Shown in pieces: positions 56,849-64,000 of a stretch of 64,000 bases of DNA; position 1 is the stretch's first letter, and each line of letters opens with the position of its first letter. The position numbers and the translations under genes are program-made. A model generated the notes under the pieces. The model did not search any database, was not told the origin of the DNA, and saw only the letters and a program-made list of their open reading frames with translations. Source of the stretch: an uncultured Nitrososphaerota archaeon (GTDB lineage: Archaea; Thermoproteota; Nitrososphaeria; Nitrososphaerales; Gagatemarchaeaceae); contig OY969807.1 in the NCBI GenBank assembly GCA_963703285.1, positions 1,664,001-1,728,000 on the forward strand. Reading direction: 5' to 3'.

Positions 56849-58537
56849 TCATTTCTCATCGCGTGGAGAACGCCCTTGCCCCGCTTTGGGCTTCCTCGAC
56901 CTCAACGGAAATTCGCTCGCCGGCCAGATTTCTGTCGGTCGCGCTCTCCCTCGATAATATCCATTCGAATCAAAGAATGACAGGGCCTTCTCAGCCTCTC
57001 GCCGCTTGTCTCCCTCGAGAAAGGGAAGTATCTCTCGCAGGAGTCGAATCGCCCTAATCCCATATACAGTCTTGCGCCATATCGGCATCAACTCAGGTCC
57101 TCTGTACTTTGCCTTGACGTGGCTCGACAGTCCGACGAGGTTAGAGAACTTGGAGATGGTCGCTGGGTCAGTATTCCCTATCGTCACCTGCGCACTGGTG
57201 GAATCTGAGGCCGAGACATAGCAGCACGCTATGCACCCCTCACCCTGGATTAGCGCTGCCACCCAAGCTCTATGCTCGATGCTCGGGATTATGACTTCTG
57301 GTACGCCCGATTTGCCGTGCGCGACGCCACGAGGGACTGTCGTTGCCAATCCGATCTGCTCAGCAATTAGAGCCGTGTTCGTGCCGCGTCTCTTCGAGCG
57401 TAGTGGAAACTCCTCGCGCGGCCAGACGTCCCCGTTCCTGAACTCACCCCTGTGATAGCCGCGCGGCCCGAAGAACTCCATTGCCTTTCTGGCTTCCCTC
57501 TCCTTCTGTCCCACAAGCCAAGGCAAGACCTCTTGGAGGACTCGCAATGCCCTCAATCCTGCGATGTTCTTGCGCCATTGCGGCTTCCAGTCGTGGTTCC
57601 TGGTTGGTGTCAAAGACGGAGCGACTCCCAGATAGCCGGCCAGCCTGTTGATGGGTCCAGCATCAGTCATCGAGGTGTGCACCTCAAGATATGTCGTGTC
57701 GCTCTCCTTCCTGTAGATGCTCTGAATGCATCCCTCTCCCTGTATCAGGGCTGCTACCCACGCCCGGCCCACCGTCGTCTGGATCACGGTCTCAGGTATG
57801 TCCTGCTGCATAAGGCGGCCGAGGTGCGGCCTCCGTCTCCACTCTTCGGGTGGCTTGATGCCGTGCTTCTTCATATGCCGCCTCATTGCGCCTGGCTGAC
57901 GGTACCCCATCCTGCGGGCCGCCTCCCGGGGATTCTTGCTCGTCCTTACGACGCTCTCGAGGAACGGGGCGAACTCAGGACTCGAGACCAGAGGCCGTAG
58001 CATCGACTCTTCACCATCGGGTCCCTCGACCGCCGACACTCTCAGCGACCGGGAACCACCTGTGGAGTCCTCGCTGATGAAGACCCAGCTGCCCTGCTCC
58101 TTCATCTCCATGAGCTTCGGACTCGCCTTGTAGAGCCAACTCCTGCCCGAACCGAACCGAGCCCTCTCTCCGACGACCAGCGCATCCCGTTCAAGGTGAC
58201 CCAGGTGGAGTATCACCGTCGGCTTGCTCACCCCGAGCTTCTCCGCGAACTCGCTCCGCGTGGTGCCTGCAAGCCGGTCGTCCTCAAGCATCGCCTTCGC
58301 CATCCTGGTACAGCACAGGTCCATCCTCGGGTTCTTTCCGGGTGGGCGCTCTCCTCTGCTCAAGCGACCAGCCAGCTCGTCGGAGCTGATATCCGCCACC
58401 ATTGTCAGGGACCCGGACTCTCGGAGAGCCTCAGAAATGACAGGCTCGCCTCGAACCTCCGGGGCATCGACCGCTTCGGAGACCCCCGCTCCCTGCTTCG
58501 GGGTCTCGTCCTGGACACGGCTGCTATCTTCGTCCAT
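56849..58537 (-). CDS. Free-standing wHTH plus double-LAGLIDADG endonuclease-like protein (copy 2)
   Basis: TRSEFAEKLGVSKPTVILHL wHTH; two repeated domains RAWVAALIQGEGCI...WRK...G.RA.R.L.E.LP.L.G.K.REA.KA..FF; N-terminus homologous to copy 1. Confidence 0.88.
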   Translation of the reverse strand: MDEDSSRVQDETPKQGAGVSEAVDAPEVRGEPVISEALRESGSLTMVADISSDELAGRLSRGERPPGKNPRMDLCCTRMAKAMLEDDRLAGTTRSEFAEKLGVSKPTVILHLGHLERDALVVGERARFGSGRSWLYKASPKLMEMKEQGSWVFISEDSTGGSRSLRVSAVEGPDGEESMLRPLVSSPEFAPFLESVVRTSKNPREAARRMGYRQPGAMRRHMKKHGIKPPEEWRRRPHLGRLMQQDIPETVIQTTVGRAWVAALIQGEGCIQSIYRKESDTTYLEVHTSMTDAGPINRLAGYLGVAPSLTPTRNHDWKPQWRKNIAGLRALRVLQEVLPWLVGQKEREARKAMEFFGPRGYHRGEFRNGDVWPREEFPLRSKRRGTNTALIAEQIGLATTVPRGVAHGKSGVPEVIIPSIEHRAWVAALIQGEGCIACCYVSASDSTSAQVTIGNTDPATISKFSNLVGLSSHVKAKYRGPELMPIWRKTVYGIRAIRLLREILPFLEGDKRREAEKALSFFDSNGYYRGRARPTEIWPASEFPLRSRKPKAGQGRSPRDEK

Positions 58538-58551
58538 CAGAAAGCCCTGGG

Positions 58552-58590
58552 GAAGTTGCCATGGCAACTTCTTGGCAACTTTGTGGCAAC
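58552..58590. repeat. 20-bp palindrome GAAGTTGCCATGGCAACTTC plus TGGCAAC array (copy 2)
   Basis: TGGCAAC starts at 58562, 58573, 58584 (11-bp period). Confidence 0.9.
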
Positions 58591-58630
58591 ATCGCTGCTG
58601 GTTTGGCTATGTTGTTAGGAATCCTGCAGG

Positions 58631-58803
58631 CTGACGGCCTCTTAGTTCAAATAATTCTACGCTTCTTCAGGGCGGTTCAGCACTCACAATCGGCTCGGCG
58701 CATGTTGCCATTCTGGCCGATCTTGGTCGGCCCGACGTGAGAAGCCAAGCTTCTCATGCCGTTCCCTTGGGGACTTTGGACCGTCGTCAGTTCTTAGTTT
58801 CTA
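58631..58803 (-). ncRNA. Conserved structured RNA leader upstream of the LAGLIDADG gene (copy 2)
   Basis: Same helices as copy 1, one C-G to U-A compensatory pair, most other changes in loops; TTAAATAC box at identical spacing. Confidence 0.7.
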
Positions 58804-58828
58804 GCAAGAGAACAGCGGCTGGTCGTAT

Positions 58829-59134
58829 TTAACGGAACAAGCTCTGTTGAGGGCTCTGTTCCGTCTCTGGGTTATTTGAATCGCCGTTCCACTTGGGTGA
58901 TGCGCTCAAAATCGTCAGTCTGACTCGCTCCATGAGTCGGCAAAGTTCGTAGTCTCGTTGCGGCTGGATATCGTATCGCTCGCAATGCCTCAGAAATTCT
59001 GTCACAAGTCCAGAGAATTCCTCGGTCAATCTCTCGTATCTCCCTTGCCACTTTAGGGCGAGTTCGATTTCTTGCGCCAATGCCAACTTGAGCTGGTATT
59101 CGCTTGACATAGGGGAATCACTTGTTCCCATCAA
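58829..59134 (-). CDS. Hypothetical helical protein
   Basis: 101 aa, overlaps the upstream ORF; its stop codon lies within the TATA box of the RNA module. Confidence 0.6.
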   Translation of the reverse strand: MMGTSDSPMSSEYQLKLALAQEIELALKWQGRYERLTEEFSGLVTEFLRHCERYDIQPQRDYELCRLMERVRLTILSASPKWNGDSNNPETEQSPQQSLFR

Positions 59135-59627
59135 GAAAATCCTTGCCTTGTTCTTTGAACGCGTTTAGAAGAGCATCTACCACTTCAAGTTGTTCCTTCG
59201 TTGGTTGCCGAGTCTCCATTTCCTTGAGCTTGTTACGAAGTTCGCCTATCTTCGTCTCATTTCGGGTGGAGAGTGCGTCGAACAGTTCCAGCGTGAGTTG
59301 GTGCTCCTTGGTAACGTGTCTGTTTACTGCTTCCATCCAGACAGCTAGCCAAGCCCTTGTCAAGACGATAGTGTGCTCGACCATTGCGATGAGTGCACTT
59401 TGAGGGTCAGCGGCCGCGCGAACTACATCGACCCACCGCTCCATGTCCTTGATGTTTTTGTCATAAGTCATTTGAAACAGAAGCCCGCTGTTCGTCGGGT
59501 TGCTCATGATAATGGAGAATAGAGCTTCCTTGTCCTCGTTCATCAGTCTGAGGGCTTGCTCGTCGTTTCTCATCATCTTGATGGATTCTTCTACCTTCTC
59601 TTTGTCCATCCCACCGAATAGCTTCAT
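59118..59627 (-). CDS. Hypothetical coiled-coil protein
   Basis: 169 aa helical; SD-like GGAGAGG upstream; coupled to the RHH gene. Confidence 0.7.
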   Translation of the reverse strand: MKLFGGMDKEKVEESIKMMRNDEQALRLMNEDKEALFSIIMSNPTNSGLLFQMTYDKNIKDMERWVDVVRAAADPQSALIAMVEHTIVLTRAWLAVWMEAVNRHVTKEHQLTLELFDALSTRNETKIGELRNKLKEMETRQPTKEQLEVVDALLNAFKEQGKDFLDGNK

Positions 59628-59628
59628 C

Positions 59629-59790
59629 CTACCTCTCCTTCTTGCGTTGCTGTTCTAGCCACTTGAGCAAGGCGCGGTTGAGAACGTCCTGAAGGGTTAT
59701 CCCCTCGTCAATCGCGGCCTTCTTCGCTTCCTTCCATACCTCCTTATCCACTTTCATGGATGTTACAATCGTCTCTTTTTCGTCTCCCAT
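59629..59790 (-). CDS. Ribbon-helix-helix (CopG/ParG-like) DNA-binding protein
   Basis: Hand-translated MGDEKETIVTSMKVDKEVWKEAKKAAIDEGITLQDVLNRALLKWLEQQRKKER. Confidence 0.82.
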   Translation of the reverse strand: MGDEKETIVTSMKVDKEVWKEAKKAAIDEGITLQDVLNRALLKWLEQQRKKER

Positions 59791-60108
59791 GCTATTTCAC
59801 TTGGTCAGGGGTGCGCATGGAGTAGCATTTATACCCCGTAGTAGTCATTGGCTACTATGTCAAATGTCCGATGTGAGTAGTATTCATGGACTTCTGTATT
59901 CATATACCCCATGCTACAATACTACTGCCATGAAGTCAAACGCACAGTGGAAGGCCGTTAGCAGAATCCGCAAGTGCCGAAGCATGAGGAGTTGGTAAGG
60001 ATGGCCGCCTCCTCCGCCTTCGGTTCGGACGTTCGGATGAGCTTGGGGGCGGTGCCGCAACCGGCGCGTATATACCAAACTGATGGAACTCTCGGTGAGA
60101 CCAAGCAG

Positions 60109-60690
60109 ATGGGTTTGAGCGTGAACGTCCTGCTGCAGCGATATTTCTACGTCGACGAGGTCAAGGCTGCCCTGAGTGACATCGGAGAGTCGTCGTCAGG
60201 AAACAAGCCGCAACTAGTAAACCGCCTTGTGGCGAGCTGGCAAGCTCATAACAGGAACTTCTACGAGTTGTTCGATTACCTGGACACCCAGACACTGAGA
60301 GTCATCTCGGAGGATTATGGGCTTGATCATCACGGCGACAGATCCACCCTCTTGCGAAGAATCCGTCGAGCAGATCTGTTAGTGATTAACAAAAAGACCA
60401 ATGCCGAGAGTGAAGCAGATTCGGATTCTAAGCAGTCTCAATCGCCGCTCCCACCTGCTAAGACTGGCGTGCAACTGACTGAGGAATCACCATCTGTGTC
60501 ATCGGGTCTTTCCGAGATTCGGAGACTGCGCTTCAGATGGCCGCTCTTGGTCAGTATCGTATTGACTGCGCTGATATATTTTGTACTACCGCTTCTTGGT
60601 CTAACTGCGGTTCTTTATCACATAGGCGCTGCCACCGTTTGCTTCATTGGTCTGTGGAGTGGGCTGCGGTACCTATCCGAAAGAACATGA
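60109..60690 (+). CDS. Tandem SAP-like domain protein with C-terminal TM hairpin
   Basis: VDEVKAALSDIGESSSGNKPQLVNRL and TQTLRVISEDYGLDHHGDRSTLLRRI; two C-terminal TM segments. Confidence 0.65.
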   Translation: MGLSVNVLLQRYFYVDEVKAALSDIGESSSGNKPQLVNRLVASWQAHNRNFYELFDYLDTQTLRVISEDYGLDHHGDRSTLLRRIRRADLLVINKKTNAESEADSDSKQSQSPLPPAKTGVQLTEESPSVSSGLSEIRRLRFRWPLLVSIVLTALIYFVLPLLGLTAVLYHIGAATVCFIGLWSGLRYLSERT

Positions 60691-60855
60691 ATCAAGACCT
60701 ACCAACGCCCAATCCAGTATGTTCTCGAAGTCGAGCGAGTTTAGGATTTCGAGAGTTCTCTAAGCGCAGCCGAATGTAGCTAACAGGATAACGAAGATAG
60801 AGGACACAACGATTTGTCATCAGAATGAGAAGGGCGTAAATGGCATCCCAATTCT

Positions 60856-63546
60856 GTGGTCGTGGGGATAGATTCGCCCGCCCGCTACCTCCTGTTGTTG
60901 CTTGCGCTCTTAGTGTTAGCGCCATACGTCGCTGACGTTCATGCACAACCAGCTCGCCCCGTCGAGGTCGCCACGCAGGTCTGCAGCAGCTGCCAGCCGC
61001 TCGAGCCGGATGGAGAACAGGTCCCGCCGCCACCTCGGGAGATGTCCAATGGCCCTTCTACCAGCTATGACGAGCAGTTGGGCATGACTTTCACGCAGAG
61101 CTTCACGTCCATGCTGTACAACTCAACCGCGGTTGAGCAGAGCGACTCGTCCTCAGGCGTGGGACCTGGCTACCTTCTCAACGGCCTTTCGAACACAGGT
61201 TACTGGTATCAGGTCGGTTTGGATTACAATTGGATTTACACTTCCGGCGGATACGACGCCGGATTCCACATGGGCTATGAGGTTTTCAACCCGAGTGGGA
61301 ATTCCATCTTTCCAATCGTGTGTTGCGGCGGTCTCCTCTCCTTCTCTGGTCCTGTAAACGAGGGTGATGTTGTCGCGCTGAACCTGTACTTCACAAGTTC
61401 GGGCCAGGTGGTATTCCTTGCCAAGGACTATAACACCGGTGCGTACGCCTCAGAGACGTACAGCGCCGAAGGAGCCACCTACTTCACAGGCCTGGACCAA
61501 ACCGCGAACTCATACGGTTTCTTCACCGGGCTTATGACTGAATGGTATCACCCGAGCGCATACTATGGTGGCGAGCAGGAGGTGACCTACTCCTCGACTT
61601 TTGCCCTCTCTTCCGCGTACATGTGGATGGACGAGTTCGAGTCCAACGGTCAGACCAACGGTACGTTGCTCTTTTCGGCGGGATCAGGTCTCCTCTCTTA
61701 CTCTGACCCGACACAACTGCAGGCGTTCTCTTCCAATGGCGCGACCGAGTACAGTGATGCGTACGAGTTCCTGACGGGGGCGTTGAGTCAAATTCCCCTG
61801 ACCGTGAGCTACTCCGTCCAAGGGAGCGACATCGGCTACTCGCCGCCGATTCTCACCTACGTCACAGGCGGTGAGACAAAGACTTCCACTCTTGGGACAT
61901 CGTCGTCTGTCTTCAACTGTGATCCTGGAAGTAGCTGGTCGGTTCAGCCCATGCTCGGAGGCAGCAACTCCAGCGAAAGATGGGAGACGGTTCAGGGGAC
62001 CTCCGGGACGGCTTCGGTGCCACAAGCCCTAGCCTTTGTCTACTACAACCAATACTATCCGAGTTTCCAGATTACAGCTGCCGCACAGACCAAGTTTGAT
62101 AGCGACATGACGCTCGTCATCACAGCGACTCAGTTCGGGACGCCGGGTACGTCAGTCTGCCAAATCATCACCTCGTCGGCAGCAACGGCCAGCTGCCAAG
62201 CCTGGGTCGATGAAGGCGGGCTGGTCGTCTTCCCTCAATTCCTGAACAACCCACCAGCAGACACGCGGTGGCAAAACGCAGCCGGCGCGCTTTCTGCGAG
62301 CCAGGTTCTTTCCTCTTCTAGTGTGACCGCCGACTACTACGAACAGGTCTTGGAGGCTGTCTCATACTCGATATCCGACACTACGCCCGGATACTCGGTC
62401 CCGACTCTCGATTACACGAGCCTTGGATATCAGTTGACAAACTATCCGATGTCGACGACCCCGTCGCCGGTCTGGCTCGACTACGGCACCACGTGGATGG
62501 TGACTCCCAACCTGCTAACGGGCTCAACTTCGACCCAGAGGTGGGAAGGCGCCTCCGGCACTTCGGGCCTCGCTTCACAGGGTGGGACCATCAATCCGGA
62601 ATACTTCCATCAGTTCCTCACCACTCTCAGCTATTCGGTCGTCGGAGGAGGGTCACCGGGGGCGCCGGTCATCAACGAGACTGCGTTCGGAATAACTGCT
62701 GAGGACACCCTGACATCCTCGCCTCTGCCCACATGGGTCGACTCCGGATCCATCGTGAACCTCCCATCGTCGTTGTTCCCTTCGAGCGCCTCAGAGAGGT
62801 GGGCTACGAACTCTATGCTCACCATCGAGGTCGATTCGGCCGTCACGGAGTCGGCTGTCTACCAGCACCAGTATTACGTGGAAGCCGAGAGTGCTATGAC
62901 GGGTGGGGGGTCCGTCTCGCCGGGGAGTCGGTGGTACGACGCGGCGAGCATCCTGAGCCTCATTGCCACTCCTTCCCCGAACTGGAGTCTCGGCACTTGG
63001 GTTGGAACTGGATCTGGCTCGTACTCCGGAACCAATGCCAGCCTTGCCTTCGAGGTGGAGGGGCCGGTTAACGAGACGGCGGTGTTCTATCCGGGCATCA
63101 ATCTGACGGTGGAGGCGGGCGGTTCCGTAACCTACAGTTATGGCACGACCTCGGGCCAGGCGGCACCGGGACAGCGGGTTCTTTACGTTCCGCCGGGAAC
63201 GAACGTTACCCTCGTCGCAAATCCGTCGTCCCTGCTCTACTCCTTCGGAGGGTGGGCCGCCTCGCACTCGCCTTCAGCATCGACGATGGTGATCACCGTC
63301 AGCGCGCCTACGACCACAGAGGCGAAGTTCTCCTACAACCTACTTACGATCGGGGCGCTGGTGGGAGCTGTCTTGGTCATAGCGGCAGCCATTGTTATCT
63401 ACAGAGCCAGAACGCAAGGACGGAGACATCGAGCACAAGAAAGGAAAACTTTCCATACTGGAACCTTAGAAGCTAGGTCTTCTGGCCGGAATCGATCGAC
63501 TTCACGAGTGCCATCAACTCGCTCGCAAGTCTCTTGTGCATGGTGA
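60856..63546 (+). CDS. Large cell-surface protein with repeated beta-sandwich modules and C-terminal anchor
   Basis: Signal peptide; repeats of V.YS....P.L.Y...W.D.G..W...ERW...Y..Q(Y/F); C-terminal TM followed by a basic tail. Confidence 0.88.
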   Translation: MVVGIDSPARYLLLLLALLVLAPYVADVHAQPARPVEVATQVCSSCQPLEPDGEQVPPPPREMSNGPSTSYDEQLGMTFTQSFTSMLYNSTAVEQSDSSSGVGPGYLLNGLSNTGYWYQVGLDYNWIYTSGGYDAGFHMGYEVFNPSGNSIFPIVCCGGLLSFSGPVNEGDVVALNLYFTSSGQVVFLAKDYNTGAYASETYSAEGATYFTGLDQTANSYGFFTGLMTEWYHPSAYYGGEQEVTYSSTFALSSAYMWMDEFESNGQTNGTLLFSAGSGLLSYSDPTQLQAFSSNGATEYSDAYEFLTGALSQIPLTVSYSVQGSDIGYSPPILTYVTGGETKTSTLGTSSSVFNCDPGSSWSVQPMLGGSNSSERWETVQGTSGTASVPQALAFVYYNQYYPSFQITAAAQTKFDSDMTLVITATQFGTPGTSVCQIITSSAATASCQAWVDEGGLVVFPQFLNNPPADTRWQNAAGALSASQVLSSSSVTADYYEQVLEAVSYSISDTTPGYSVPTLDYTSLGYQLTNYPMSTTPSPVWLDYGTTWMVTPNLLTGSTSTQRWEGASGTSGLASQGGTINPEYFHQFLTTLSYSVVGGGSPGAPVINETAFGITAEDTLTSSPLPTWVDSGSIVNLPSSLFPSSASERWATNSMLTIEVDSAVTESAVYQHQYYVEAESAMTGGGSVSPGSRWYDAASILSLIATPSPNWSLGTWVGTGSGSYSGTNASLAFEVEGPVNETAVFYPGINLTVEAGGSVTYSYGTTSGQAAPGQRVLYVPPGTNVTLVANPSSLLYSFGGWAASHSPSASTMVITVSAPTTTEAKFSYNLLTIGALVGAVLVIAAAIVIYRARTQGRRHRAQERKTFHTGTLEARSSGRNRSTSRVPSTRSQVSCAW

Positions 63547-63883
63547 ACGCGACCGCCGTCCCGCCTTGAGGGACGAGCCTGACCGTCATAGCATTGAGAA
63601 TGTCGTGTTCCAGCTCGATTCGGGCCCCTTTGAATGGAATCGCGAAGTTGTTCTTGTCTGCCGCTAGTAGCTCGTCGAGGCTCAGATTGTCGTCGTAGGG
63701 CTTAAATCGCGCCTTGTCAACTAACTCGCCGACGACAGCACCTAGGACTCCGCCTCCCAGGTTGTAGTTTCGATGGCGGCTGTCAATGAAGACGAAGCGT
63801 CGCCCTGGGCCGTCAACGTATAGCTCCCCCGGCTTGCCCTTGAAACGTGCCACGAACTTCGGATTTTTTTGTTCCTGGGCCAA
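63473..63883 (-). CDS. Hypothetical protein, possibly PH-like fold
   Basis: GELYV...RFVF, GGGVLGAVVG, LDELLAADKNNFAIPF; TTAAATA box upstream. Confidence 0.65.
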   Translation of the reverse strand: MAQEQKNPKFVARFKGKPGELYVDGPGRRFVFIDSRHRNYNLGGGVLGAVVGELVDKARFKPYDDNLSLDELLAADKNNFAIPFKGARIELEHDILNAMTVRLVPQGGTAVAFTMHKRLASELMALVKSIDSGQKT

Positions 63884-64000
63884 GTTATCCGACCCCCAAC
63901 AAAAATGTCATCTTATTTAACCACTGACCTCGGACCCGTCAACTCCCAGGACCCTTCCTCGGATTGCTTGACGCGCCCCTGGAGAGACGCGGGCTTATAC

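Noticed and set aside
1-64000. tRNA, rRNA, transposase or integrase genes
   Set aside because: No cloverleaf in intergenic DNA and no DDE, HUH or tyrosine/serine recombinase motifs were recognised; by-eye reading could miss an intron-split tRNA.

Overview
GC-rich archaeal chromosome segment. Gene content and order (PolD DP2, topA, AglB, Nop10-aIF2a-S27e-L44e, PCNA, PriS-GINS, TFS-RpoL-Csl4-Dph2, L10e, cofE) fit a Nitrososphaerota/Thaumarchaeota-like TACK archaeon; this assignment is inference. The window opens in a probable replication origin: three ORB boxes with an AT-rich stretch between the first two. Two housekeeping blocks (16.5-38.5 kb, 42-46 kb) alternate with accessory regions rich in exported proteins and pseudogenes. 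Three things stand out. (1) Two copies of a module made of a TATA promoter, a ~160-nt structured RNA (~91% identical between copies, with one compensatory base pair), an 11-bp-period TGGCAAC array with a palindrome, and a free-standing double-LAGLIDADG ORF whose body differs between the copies. Each copy sits beside an essential gene (pcna, rpl10e). (2) Recoded fragments of rpl10e lie downstream of rpl10e and bracket cargo genes. (3) A 24-bp pseudo-palindrome, TTCGGACAA-N6-TAATCAGAA, occurs at least 9 times, only at the boundaries of accessory genes, several from a domain-shuffled surface-protein family. No rRNA, tRNA, CRISPR array or transposase was seen. All alignments and folds were done by eye, and family calls rest on recognised motifs, not database searches.
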